Assembly: GCA_016783745.1 (NCBI GenBank)
Contig: JADHVZ010000002.1
Coordinates: forward strand, 12,012-76,011
Origin: Candidatus Omnitrophota bacterium
GTDB lineage: Bacteria; Omnitrophota; Gorgyraeia; JAHIPI01
Direction: 5' to 3'
Length of the DNA stretch: 64,000 nucleotides
Part shown: positions 47,935-57,125 of the stretch, piece after piece
Numbering within the stretch: position 1 is the first letter of the stretch
How the letters are laid out: each line of letters opens with the position of its first letter
Translations under genes and position numbers: made by a program
Notes under the pieces: generated by a model
What the model saw: only the letters and a program-made list of their open reading frames with translations
Told to the model about the DNA's origin: nothing
Databases searched by the model: none

Positions 47935-49023
47935 CTATCTCAATTTTAATGTCGCCAGCGCAAACAGCGCAAGTATCGCAGAGATGATCCAGAAGCGGAT
48001 CGTGATCTTAGGCTCCGGCCAGCCCTTAAGCTGATAGTGATGATGCAAAGGCGCCATCAGGAATATCCTTTTTCCTTTGAGTTTGAAAGACGCCACCTGC
48101 AGGATCACTGAAAGCGCCTCGATAACAAATACTCCCCCCACGAATAGCAGCAGCACTTCCTTCTTTATCAGCACTGCCACCGTTCCTATAGCGCCGCCGA
48201 GGGCGAGTGAGCCCGTATCACCCATAAATATCGAAGCGGGATGTGAATTAAACCAGAGGAATCCCAGTCCGCCGCCTAAGATGGACGCGCAAAAAACCGT
48301 CACTTCTCCGGCCTGCGGGATAAACGGTATACCCAGATAATCGCTTACCGCAAAATGGCCGGTAACGTAGCACATAGCGCTATATGCGGCGGCGATCATG
48401 ATGACGCATCCTATGGCCAGGCCGTCAAGTCCGTCTGTCAGATTTACGGCATTACTTGATCCGACGATCACTATGATGACAAAGGGGAGGTAAAATATAC
48501 CCAGATCGATGATAAGTTTTTTAAAAAAAGGAAAATGTAAAAGCGTGCTCGCGCCTGATGAAAAATATAAAAAAAGCGCAACGACCGCGCCCATGATCAG
48601 CTGGCCGGTAAATTTGGTCTTTACCCTCAACCCTCCGCCGTCTCTACCGGACAACTTTATAAAATCATCCATAAACCCGACTACTCCAAGCCCCAGAGTC
48701 ACCCCAAGCACCAGCCATATATACGCGTTATCCCAACGCGCCCATAAAAGAGTTGAGATCAGTATGGCGGTGATGACAAGGACCCCGCCCATAGTAGGCG
48801 TTCCGGATTTATTGCCGTGAAACTTATCCAGAGTCGGAGCGTGAGGCCTGTAGGTCTTTTCCCCTATTTCCAGGAAAGATAAAAGTCTTATTATGATCGG
48901 CCCCAGCGCCACGCAGATAATAAACGCGCTGATAGCCGCAAACGCGGTCCGAAAGGTGATGTACCTGAATACGTTAAAGCCGAACCATAATTCTCTTAGC
49001 GGATAAAAGATGTGATAAAACAC
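47935..49023 (-). CDS. mraY: Phospho-MurNAc-pentapeptide transferase (start reassigned to GTG 49023)
   Basis: TPTMGG, NAVNLTDGLDGL, FMGDTGSL, MAPLHHH; SD GGAGG before the GTG. Confidence 0.96.
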   Translation of the reverse strand: MFYHIFYPLRELWFGFNVFRYITFRTAFAAISAFIICVALGPIIIRLLSFLEIGEKTYRPHAPTLDKFHGNKSGTPTMGGVLVITAILISTLLWARWDNAYIWLVLGVTLGLGVVGFMDDFIKLSGRDGGGLRVKTKFTGQLIMGAVVALFLYFSSGASTLLHFPFFKKLIIDLGIFYLPFVIIVIVGSSNAVNLTDGLDGLAIGCVIMIAAAYSAMCYVTGHFAVSDYLGIPFIPQAGEVTVFCASILGGGLGFLWFNSHPASIFMGDTGSLALGGAIGTVAVLIKKEVLLLFVGGVFVIEALSVILQVASFKLKGKRIFLMAPLHHHYQLKGWPEPKITIRFWIISAILALFALATLKLR

Positions 49024-50378
49024 TTGATCACGTCCTCCATTTTCGACCCGCGCGAGCCCTTGACAAGCACCACGTCGTCCGCCCGGGTGAATTTTTTTAG
49101 TATCAAAGCCGCTTCCTCCTTTGTCGCGCATGAGGCGGCCTTTTTCATGCCCGACCTTCTTGCCGCGAGAAAGCTTTTATGAGACTGCCGTCCTACAGTC
49201 AAAAAAAAGTCTATACCGGATCCGGCAACGGCCTTACCGAATCTCTTATGATAATACCCTGACCTTTGCCCCAGCTCAAGCATATCTCCGGCCACAAGTA
49301 TCCTCCTGCCGTTTGTCTTGTATCCGGCAAGCGCCTTAACAGCGTTTTTAAGAGACGCGGGATTCGAATTATATGTATCATCGATGATCTCGACTCCGCG
49401 GTAAACGCTCATGGACATCCTTTTATCAAGCGGCCTGTACTTTTTTAATGCCGTGGCTATCTCCTTGTGCCGCAGATCAAATATCCTGCCGACCGCGATA
49501 GCTGCCAGCGCGTTATATATATCATGATACGCGGCCGAGGTCACAGTATACGGATTTCCTTCAACAGTAAACCTCCAGCTATTAGCCTGTTTCTTCAATT
49601 CCTTCGCTCTGAAGTCTGATTCCCGCTTGATACCGAAGGTGACCGCTCTCAGCCCTTTCTTAGAGTAGCTTCTTAAGAATAAATCGTCATTATTCAAGAC
49701 CGCGATATCGCCTGCGCCCAGGTGATCAAGTAATTCCTTTTTAGCGCGGAATACCCCTTCTAGGTTCTTCAGATATTCCAGGTGAGACGGCCCTATATTA
49801 GTTATCACCCCTATATTAGGCATTGATATCAGGGCCAGTCTTTTTATCTCACCCGGAGCATTCATGCCCAGCTCTATTACAGCGCTTTTATTTTTACCGG
49901 ACAGCTTAAGCAAAGTCAAAGGCACGCCGATAGAATTGTTTAGCGTGCCGGAGCTCTTTAACGGATACCACCCGTTATCAAGAACGCGGGATATCATGTC
50001 TTTTGTGGCCGTCTTACCATTAGAGCCGGTGACCGCCACAAGAGGTATATCAAACCTGCTTCTGTAAAAATGAGCTAAGTCACCCAGCGCCTTTACCGTA
50101 TCTTTGCAGGCGGCGATAAATGGCTTTACCTTCCAGGCCCCGGATTCAAACTCACGCGCAAAAGAGCTCTTAGAGCAAAGCAATATTCCGGATGCGCCCT
50201 TATTAGCCGCTTCACGAGCGAAGCTATGACCATCAAATCTCGGACCTTTTATCGCTATAAAAAGATCGCCTTTGCGGATAGCCCTGCTGTTTGTAGAAAC
50301 ACCCTTTACAACGGCACCCGCGTTTCCGGCGAGAAGCCTTCCTTTTGTGGCCTCTATTATTTCGCCCGCTTTAAACAT
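48996..50378 (-). CDS. murF: UDP-MurNAc-tripeptide--D-Ala-D-Ala ligase (start probably 50378)
   Basis: TGSNGKTATK, ELGMNAPGEI, DDTYNSNP, GDMLELG, LVKGSRG. Confidence 0.95.
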   Translation of the reverse strand: MFKAGEIIEATKGRLLAGNAGAVVKGVSTNSRAIRKGDLFIAIKGPRFDGHSFAREAANKGASGILLCSKSSFAREFESGAWKVKPFIAACKDTVKALGDLAHFYRSRFDIPLVAVTGSNGKTATKDMISRVLDNGWYPLKSSGTLNNSIGVPLTLLKLSGKNKSAVIELGMNAPGEIKRLALISMPNIGVITNIGPSHLEYLKNLEGVFRAKKELLDHLGAGDIAVLNNDDLFLRSYSKKGLRAVTFGIKRESDFRAKELKKQANSWRFTVEGNPYTVTSAAYHDIYNALAAIAVGRIFDLRHKEIATALKKYRPLDKRMSMSVYRGVEIIDDTYNSNPASLKNAVKALAGYKTNGRRILVAGDMLELGQRSGYYHKRFGKAVAGSGIDFFLTVGRQSHKSFLAARRSGMKKAASCATKEEAALILKKFTRADDVVLVKGSRGSKMEDVIKCFITSFIR

Positions 50379-51831
50379 CTTCCTTAAACGCTTTCCTGAC
50401 CGCCTCTTTATCATTAAACGGAAATCTGTTATCTCCGATTATTTGATAGTCCTCGTGCCCTTTACCCGCGATGACCACAATATCTGAGGCGTTTCTATTT
50501 TTAAGCGACTTTTCTATCGCCTTAGATCTATCCGGTATCTTCTCATATGATTTAAATCCGCGCCCTAATCCGGCTTCGATCTCTTTTAATATACGGCCGG
50601 GGTCTTCCTTCCTCGGGTTATCATTGGTCAATATGACATGGTCAGCGATCTCGCTTGCTATTCTGCCCATCTTCGCCCGCTTGGTCCTGTCTCTGTTGCC
50701 TCCGCACCCGAATACGACTACAAGCTCCCCGCCGCTCAAGTTCCTTAACTCAGTCAGAATATTCTTAAGCGCGTCATGGGTGTGAGCGTAATCTATGAAG
50801 ATCTTAAAGCGCTGTCCCATATCAACGCTCTCCAGCCTGCCCGGCACACAAAAGAGCCGCCCTACAGCCTCTTGTATAACGTCGGCCTTTATACCCTCAG
50901 CGTATGATATCGCGGCGGCGGCAAGGACATTATAGACATTGTGCCTGCCGATCAAAGGCGTCCTGATATTAATCGTTCCCCCGGGCATATCCAGAAAAAA
51001 ACGGGTGCCGTTTATGTCCGCTTCAATATGCCTGGCTGTAAAGTCTGCCTTATTTCTTATTCCGTAACTTAGGACCTTCGCTTTAGTAGATTTTTTAAAC
51101 CGGTCATAATACTTGTCGTCTCTATTCAATATGGCGGCGGAATCCGATTTTAATGAACGGAATAAATGCTTTTTTGAATCAATATAATCACTCATGGTCA
51201 AGTGATAGTCTAAATGATCCCCGGTTATATTTGTCAGGGCTGCCACGTTGTAACTTATGCCTGATACCCTGGACTGCTTCAACGCATGACTTGAGACTTC
51301 CATTATCACATACTTACATCCCCGCCCCGACATATCCTTAAGAAGCGAATGCAATTTTACCGGGCCGGGAGTCGTGTGAGAGGATCCGATCACACTTTGC
51401 CTGATCCTATGCTTTATGCTGCCAAGGAGCGCGGGCGACCTTCCGGATGCCTTGAAGATCTCATAGGCCAGGTGCGTTGTGGTGGTCTTGCCGTTAGTGC
51501 CGGTAACACCCGCGAACTTTAACCGCCTTGACGGTTTACCGTAAAAGCGAGCCGCTAATTCAGGCAGGATCAGAGATGTGTCCTTTACGAGAATAGTCTT
51601 CCCGCCACTCAAACCATCAATTAGTCTTGTAGCGCAAACACAAGCTGCCCCCCGCCTTACCGCATCGCGGATAAAAGTATGGCCGTCAGCCTCATACCCT
51701 TTTACCGCGATGAATAAATCGCCTTTTTTAACAGCCCGCGAGTCGACCGCGATCCCGCTTATCACGAATTCGGGGCTGAGGTTTAGGGTTTTATGCTTGA
51801 TGTTCTTGAATAATTTTTTGATTGTAATCAT
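50371..51831 (-). CDS. murE: UDP-MurNAc-dipeptide--mDAP ligase
   Basis: GTNGKTTT, MEVSSH, DYAHT, DNPR (mDAP-type), AGKGHEDYQ. Confidence 0.96.
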   Translation of the reverse strand: MITIKKLFKNIKHKTLNLSPEFVISGIAVDSRAVKKGDLFIAVKGYEADGHTFIRDAVRRGAACVCATRLIDGLSGGKTILVKDTSLILPELAARFYGKPSRRLKFAGVTGTNGKTTTTHLAYEIFKASGRSPALLGSIKHRIRQSVIGSSHTTPGPVKLHSLLKDMSGRGCKYVIMEVSSHALKQSRVSGISYNVAALTNITGDHLDYHLTMSDYIDSKKHLFRSLKSDSAAILNRDDKYYDRFKKSTKAKVLSYGIRNKADFTARHIEADINGTRFFLDMPGGTINIRTPLIGRHNVYNVLAAAAISYAEGIKADVIQEAVGRLFCVPGRLESVDMGQRFKIFIDYAHTHDALKNILTELRNLSGGELVVVFGCGGNRDRTKRAKMGRIASEIADHVILTNDNPRKEDPGRILKEIEAGLGRGFKSYEKIPDRSKAIEKSLKNRNASDIVVIAGKGHEDYQIIGDNRFPFNDKEAVRKAFKEDV

Positions 51832-51866
51832 GGTCTTCTTATTCGTTGTTGTTATTAGATTTAAAC

Positions 51867-51991
51867 CGTTAATCGTATTTCACTTCGATTACCTTTGTTC
51901 GGTTTTCGGTTCACGGTTTTCGGTTTACGGAACATCCAAGGGATTGTAAAAACCGTAAACCGTACACCGTAAACCGTACATACGATCAACG
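51867..51991. repeat. Nested heptamer palindrome element, copy 1
   Basis: Outer arms CGTTAATCGTA/TACGATCAACG; inner arrays (CGGTTTW)n and (TAAACCG)n; second copy at 61023-61147. Confidence 0.85.
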
Positions 51992-52000
51992 AAATAACAA

Positions 52001-53707
52001 CTAATTCAAATCCGGTCGAACCCCCATGTACCTCAAGGTATTGCCGGCTATATCCGCGAATACGGGCGCGGCTACCGTCCCTCCGTAATGAAATGGCTGG
52101 GGCTCTACAAACGCCACAGCGATAGCAAGCTCAGGCTCATCCACAGGAGCGAATCCTACAAAAATAGCGTTATATTTTGTCTTGGAGTATGCCCCGTTCT
52201 CTTCTACGCGTTGCGCGGTTCCTGTCTTACCGGCTGAGGAATATCCATCTATAGACGCCATTTTTCCGGTACCGCTTTCTACAACCATTTTGAGTACGTC
52301 CTTCACCTTTAGAGCCGTCTCTTTGGATATCACCCTCCTGATAAACTCAGGTTCAAACTCTCTTATGTTTTCTCTGTTTTGATCAAGCAATCCTTTTACG
52401 ACCCTGGGACGCATAAGTATGCCGTCGTTGGCAATACACGAGATAGCTGCCGCCATCTGAAGAACGGTGACTGCTATCTCCTGTCCTATCGGAACTGATG
52501 AAATAGAGCATTTAGACCACTTTGACACTTCCCTGACGATCCCGCTGGCTTCGCCTGGCATATCAACATCAGTCTTCCCTCCGAAGCCGAATTTTGTAAT
52601 ATATTTATATAATCTCTCTTCGCCAAGCACTTCCGCCGCCTTAACAGTGCCGATATTGCTCGACTTTACTATCACGTCTTTAAATTTAAGCGTTCCGTAA
52701 GGCTTATGGTCATGCAGTATGCGTCCTCCAACGTAATATCTGCCGTTTTCGCAGTAGAATTCATCGTTTAATGAGATCAGCTTTTCTTCCAGCGCCGCGC
52801 TTGCCGTAACGATCTTAAAGGAGCTTCCCGGTTCCAGCATATCTGTCACGGCCCTGTTCCGCATCGCCTCAACCGTGGATTCCCCGCGCTTATTCAGGTC
52901 ATATGAAGGCCAGTTGCTAAGCGCCAGTATGTCTCCTGTCGAGGCGTTCATCACCACAACGCTCGCCGATTTTGGGTTGTGTTTTTTTACGCCTGCCTCC
53001 AGGGCCCGCTCCGCGATATGCTGAACTGTCTCATCAATAGTAAGCACAACATTATATCCGTCACGCGGCGGTAAGTAATGATCCTCGACCGAACTCACTT
53101 GACGTCGCTTTGCGTCGAGAACGGCGACTTTATAACCTTCCTTACCTTTTAATTCTCCGTCATAATACTTCTCAATACCCTCTAAGCCGTTGTTATCTAT
53201 ATCAACAAAACCAAGGATGTGAGACGCCAGTTCATTATTGGGATAACTTCTTTCGCTTTCAGGGACAAAGTCAATACCAGGCAGGTTTTCGGCCTTGATC
53301 TTTCGCGCTGCCTCATCAGGAAGTTTTCGTGAGATCCATACGAAAAGCTTATCGTTTGAGATCCTTTCCAGTATGCCTTCCTTGCTTAGGCCAAGTACCG
53401 AAGAAAGAAATCCGGCTGTCCCGCTCTTATCCGTGATAAAACGCGGCGCCGCATATAGAGAATATCTTGGCACATTTATAACAAGTTCTCTAAGGTTCCT
53501 GTCAAATATCACACCCCTTTTCGGGGGAAGCGTTACAACAACATTCCTGTTATTCTCCGCAATATCTCTGTAGTATTGGTGCCTGGCTACCTGGATGTAA
53601 AGCAGCCTTGCCGCCAGGCCCGTTAAACATGATATAAGTACTATAAAAACGGCGAATAACCGCCCCCTGCTGTATTTTTTATACCGATAATCCAGATTTT
53701 TTTTCAT
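52001..53707 (-). CDS. ftsI: Division class B penicillin-binding protein (FtsI/PBP3)
   Basis: PKRGVIFDRN, EPGSSFK, KSSN, KTGTAQ; dcw position. Confidence 0.93.
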   Translation of the reverse strand: MKKNLDYRYKKYSRGRLFAVFIVLISCLTGLAARLLYIQVARHQYYRDIAENNRNVVVTLPPKRGVIFDRNLRELVINVPRYSLYAAPRFITDKSGTAGFLSSVLGLSKEGILERISNDKLFVWISRKLPDEAARKIKAENLPGIDFVPESERSYPNNELASHILGFVDIDNNGLEGIEKYYDGELKGKEGYKVAVLDAKRRQVSSVEDHYLPPRDGYNVVLTIDETVQHIAERALEAGVKKHNPKSASVVVMNASTGDILALSNWPSYDLNKRGESTVEAMRNRAVTDMLEPGSSFKIVTASAALEEKLISLNDEFYCENGRYYVGGRILHDHKPYGTLKFKDVIVKSSNIGTVKAAEVLGEERLYKYITKFGFGGKTDVDMPGEASGIVREVSKWSKCSISSVPIGQEIAVTVLQMAAAISCIANDGILMRPRVVKGLLDQNRENIREFEPEFIRRVISKETALKVKDVLKMVVESGTGKMASIDGYSSAGKTGTAQRVEENGAYSKTKYNAIFVGFAPVDEPELAIAVAFVEPQPFHYGGTVAAPVFADIAGNTLRYMGVRPDLN

Positions 53708-53782
53708 GAGATATTTTTACCACTATCCAGGATGAAAGAGAGGACGCAGCGTGCTGCTGGCGGCAAGTGTTCGGAAAAAAGT

Positions 53783-54169
53783 CTACATTGATGCGGGCTT
53801 ATTAGCAAGGGATCGGGCCTCTGTCTTTCTGTCTATGAAGCTAAAAAATCTTTCTAGCACCACACTCCGCCTCTCCGAAACCGTCGCTACTCCCATAACG
53901 GGCGTTTCCCTTTCCGGTGCTACAGCCCACTCGCTAGGGATTGCGTATTTCATCCCGTTATTCTTTAATCTAATCTCAAGGCTGGCGGGCGACTCTAATG
54001 TGGCTACATTATACATCAATGTTTTATAACGGTCAAGTAATTGTGAGAGCATGACCTCATCGCTTTTTATAATATAATTAGCTTTTATGAGTAGAAACTG
54101 TTGATGCGCGTAGAGTAAGCTGCAGCATGTTAATAAAACTAATGCTGTTAGGTATTTTGAAAGCCGCAT
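53783..54169 (-). CDS. ftsL: FtsL-like protein
   Basis: Short TM plus leucine heptads, LESPASLE; between rsmH and ftsI. Confidence 0.65.
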   Translation of the reverse strand: MRLSKYLTALVLLTCCSLLYAHQQFLLIKANYIIKSDEVMLSQLLDRYKTLMYNVATLESPASLEIRLKNNGMKYAIPSEWAVAPERETPVMGVATVSERRSVVLERFFSFIDRKTEARSLANKPASM

Positions 54170-54171
54170 AT

Positions 54172-55080
54172 TTATTTAACCCTCTCTGCTACCCGCAGTT
54201 TGGCGCTTCTTGCTCTGGGGTTTTTGCTTGCCTCAGACTGCGCGGGCACTACAGGTTTTTTTGTGATAATTTTTAACATACCTGATTTCGAATATGCCTT
54301 AAAAAGGTTTTTTACGATCCTGTCTTCTATCGAGTGAAACGATATAACGCACATCCTCGCCCCGGGCGCTAAATACGGTATGATATTTTTTAGCCCTTCT
54401 TCTATGCTTTCGATCTCCTTGTTCACGGCTATCCGTATAGCCATGAAGATCTTGGTCGCGGGATGTATCCGCCTGAACCTGAAGCGGTAAGGAAGGGCTT
54501 CCGTGGCTATCTCCGCCAGGGCCTTTGTGCTTTTTATTCGACCACTCCTTCTTGCTTCCACGATTTTTTGCGCTATTTTATGCGCGAATCGCTCTTCCCC
54601 GAATCTTCTAAAGATCGATATCAGCTCATCCTTCGTACAGCTGTTGACGACATCAGAGGCCGTTATGGGCTCGTCTCTGTCCATGCGCATGTCAAGCGGC
54701 CCGTCATGCTTTATGCTGAATCCTCTTTCCGGTTGGCTCAACTGAAATGACGATACTCCAAAGTCAAAAAGGGCGCCGTCTATTTTTTTTATCCCGGCTT
54801 TTTCAAATATCAGGTCAATATCCCTAAAATTCGATTTAAAAAGCCTAAATCTTCCGGAGACCTTATGAAGCCTTCTCCTTGCCTCCTCAAGCGCCTCCAT
54901 ATCCCTGTCTATTCCGATCACAAATCCATCGCCGCCCACTTTTCTTAAAAACTCACTGGCATGACCGGCCAATCCTACGGTGCAATCCGCTATTACCATG
55001 CCTTTTTTTAAGTCCAAATAAGTGATCACGTCGTCCAGGAGTACCGGGGTATGTAAGATAATGTCTTTGTCCATCGTCAC
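54172..55080 (-). CDS. rsmH: 16S rRNA m4C1402 methyltransferase
   Basis: HTPVLL, GVSSFQL, DGPLDMRMD, SFHSIEDRIVK, NPRARSAKLR. Confidence 0.97.
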   Translation of the reverse strand: MTMDKDIILHTPVLLDDVITYLDLKKGMVIADCTVGLAGHASEFLRKVGGDGFVIGIDRDMEALEEARRRLHKVSGRFRLFKSNFRDIDLIFEKAGIKKIDGALFDFGVSSFQLSQPERGFSIKHDGPLDMRMDRDEPITASDVVNSCTKDELISIFRRFGEERFAHKIAQKIVEARRSGRIKSTKALAEIATEALPYRFRFRRIHPATKIFMAIRIAVNKEIESIEEGLKNIIPYLAPGARMCVISFHSIEDRIVKNLFKAYSKSGMLKIITKKPVVPAQSEASKNPRARSAKLRVAERVK

Positions 55081-55089
55081 TCGAGAGCC

Positions 55090-55266
55090 CTACCTGTGCC
55101 TGGCTTTATCAATGGAAAAACTTCGCCATCTGTATTGAGTCAGCCCTATGTTTTCAGGTTCCCTGTTTAAGGCACGCAGCCTCTTGAGCCTTTCGATCAG
55201 TACTGACATCTCGATTAATTCATCCGTATCGTTCTTGTAATGTGTTGCCATACATTTTGCGGCCAT
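55090..55266 (-). CDS. Small hypothetical protein (58 aa) between mraZ and rsmH
   Basis: SD AGGAGGTGAT four nt before ATG 55266; fills the spacer and ends 9 nt before the rsmH start. Confidence 0.55.
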   Translation of the reverse strand: MAAKCMATHYKNDTDELIEMSVLIERLKRLRALNREPENIGLTQYRWRSFSIDKARHR

Positions 55267-55324
55267 CCCGATCACCTCCTATTCATCGCGCGCAGTGGGG
55301 CATATCACGTGCGCGGATCTATCG

Positions 55325-55774
55325 CTAAGTAGAGTGGCCCCCTTCCAGCAGGTCCTCGGCAATACTTTCAAAAGATCCTCTTTCGCTATTATAAAATTCT
55401 TTCCATTTGCTACAGTCCCATATCTCGATCCTATTTGCTACGCCTATTATCATCACATCGCGTTTTATGCCGGCGAAATCCTTCAGGTACTTCGGAAGCA
55501 GTATCCTGCCTTGCTTGTCGAAGGCCGCCTCCTGCGCGCCGGAGAAAAACAGGCGGTTGAATTTTCTGGATTGAGATCTGGTAAACGGCATGGATTTGAA
55601 TTTTGTCTCCTGCTGCTTCCACTCTTCCTCCGAAAACATGAAGAGACAGTTATCAAGGCCGCGGGTAATATAAAATTTTTCTATATAATTAACCTTGGCT
55701 TGGTCGCGAAATTTCGCGGGAAGTATCAACCTCCCCTTTTTGTCCAGCGAATGCTCGTACTCACCGTAAAACAT
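55325..55774 (-). CDS. mraZ: Transcriptional regulator MraZ
   Basis: LDKKGRLILPAKFR, FDKQGRILLP, NRIEIW. Confidence 0.97.
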   Translation of the reverse strand: MFYGEYEHSLDKKGRLILPAKFRDQAKVNYIEKFYITRGLDNCLFMFSEEEWKQQETKFKSMPFTRSQSRKFNRLFFSGAQEAAFDKQGRILLPKYLKDFAGIKRDVMIIGVANRIEIWDCSKWKEFYNSERGSFESIAEDLLEGGHST

Positions 55775-55775
55775 A

Positions 55776-55806
55776 TTCCACTTCCCTCCACTTTACTCCA
55801 TTTCAC
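55776..55806 (-). promoter_or_regulatory. Probable MraZ operator: three TGGA(G/A) repeats at 10-bp period
   Basis: Minus strand aaaTGGAGtaaagTGGAGggaagTGGAAt-ATG, between the promoter and the mraZ start. Confidence 0.7.
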
Positions 55807-55810
55807 AGCA

Positions 55811-55840
55811 AGTATACATCACTGCGCAGGCTTTTGTCAA
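55811..55840 (-). promoter_or_regulatory. Putative dcw operon promoter
   Basis: Minus strand TTGACA-18-TATACT. Confidence 0.7.
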
Positions 55841-55966
55841 TAGCATAAAGGGACTTTATAAATAAAACTTAATAAGCTGCGGGGTAATAGGTTACGCTAA
55901 CACAATGTCTGGTATGGAGGGGTCGATAGGAATCTATATATAGTGGGCTTTAGTATATAGATATTA

Positions 55967-56383
55967 TTATTTATTATGGCTAATTTTATCCAAAAGAATA
56001 TTGATATCTTCGATGAGAGGCTTAAGGGTATCTCTTTTTCTCAGCTTCAGCTTTTTTATCTGATTCCTGGAGACTATTTGCCTCAATTCACTTTCCAGTC
56101 TTTCAATCGGCCCTACGAGATTGCGTGTCAGAACGAGGCCTATCCAAAATAAGATGACGAATACGACCGGTAAAGAAATCGCTAATGCCATGTTGACCTT
56201 TCTTAAGACAGGCAATAGGTGGTAGGCGATGATCTCGGGTATGCCAAGCTGTTCGGCCATGAGATTGAATATGACATAGTAAAGGCAGCAACCCGTTATC
56301 AAGGTAGGCAGCATAAGAGATAACGCGATCAGTATTAGATACCGGCGCTCAAGCTTGTTACGCACAAGGAAAAATTGTCTCAT
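55967..56383 (-). CDS. Small two-TM protein with HAMP-like C-terminus (start reassigned to ATG 56383)
   Basis: SD AGGAGG; two hydrophobic helices, then VGPIERL...LRKRDTLKPLIEDIN. Confidence 0.75.
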   Translation of the reverse strand: MRQFFLVRNKLERRYLILIALSLMLPTLITGCCLYYVIFNLMAEQLGIPEIIAYHLLPVLRKVNMALAISLPVVFVILFWIGLVLTRNLVGPIERLESELRQIVSRNQIKKLKLRKRDTLKPLIEDINILLDKISHNK

Positions 56384-56399
56384 AACGGTCCTCCTTTGT

Positions 56400-57125
56400 T
56401 CATTTTTGCTCTTTATAAAAAACCTTGATATCGTCGAAAAACGCCTCGGCGCTGGAGCCCGTACTGTCTGAATCACACATAAAAGCTATCGCGCCGATCT
56501 TCGCCTTTGGTTTTGATTTAAACGCGAGGAGATAATCCACGTAAATATTTCTTTCCTCAGTAACCCATTTATCCTCCGCGGACGGCCCGGATTCCACTAC
56601 CATAAGTTTAATATTGTCGGAATACGGGCTGGAAGATATCTCACCCGCCTCGAGATCCCTGGCCCAGACATACTCCAGGACTTTGGTATTGGAAAAAAAG
56701 ATCGCCGGAAATATCACGTACACACGCGCCGCGAAATCATCCTCTTCCTGATTTAGAAGATCCTCCGGAAGCCTTTTGTCGGGAAAATCTCCGACGCGCC
56801 ATTTCCACGAGATAAAAGGCCTGCCCTTGACATCGAGATTCATCTTGTGATAGAGGGCTGAGCAGGAGCGCCTACTCATGGCGCGTACATATGACTCATC
56901 ATCTTTAGTCTCAATGGAATAGTCTACCCTCTTGTGTAATATTTTTTTATCCCACTCTTTAAGCGAGTCATCGGAAGAGAACGGAAAATACTTTATTACG
57001 TCTACTTTTTTTTCGGGAAAAATATGGGATGCGAGATCAAAGCGGATGGATATAAAAACAAGGAAGATTGCGAAAACGGTTATAACCACATATATCGTTA
57101 AGCGCTTATTTTTTTGTGCGCACAT
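56400..57125 (-). CDS. DUF3047-like exported protein
   Basis: N-terminal TM, ISWKWRV, DDFAARVYVIF, LEYVW, WVTEERNI, AFMCDSDSTG. Confidence 0.8.
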   Translation of the reverse strand: MCAQKNKRLTIYVVITVFAIFLVFISIRFDLASHIFPEKKVDVIKYFPFSSDDSLKEWDKKILHKRVDYSIETKDDESYVRAMSRRSCSALYHKMNLDVKGRPFISWKWRVGDFPDKRLPEDLLNQEEDDFAARVYVIFPAIFFSNTKVLEYVWARDLEAGEISSSPYSDNIKLMVVESGPSAEDKWVTEERNIYVDYLLAFKSKPKAKIGAIAFMCDSDSTGSSAEAFFDDIKVFYKEQK

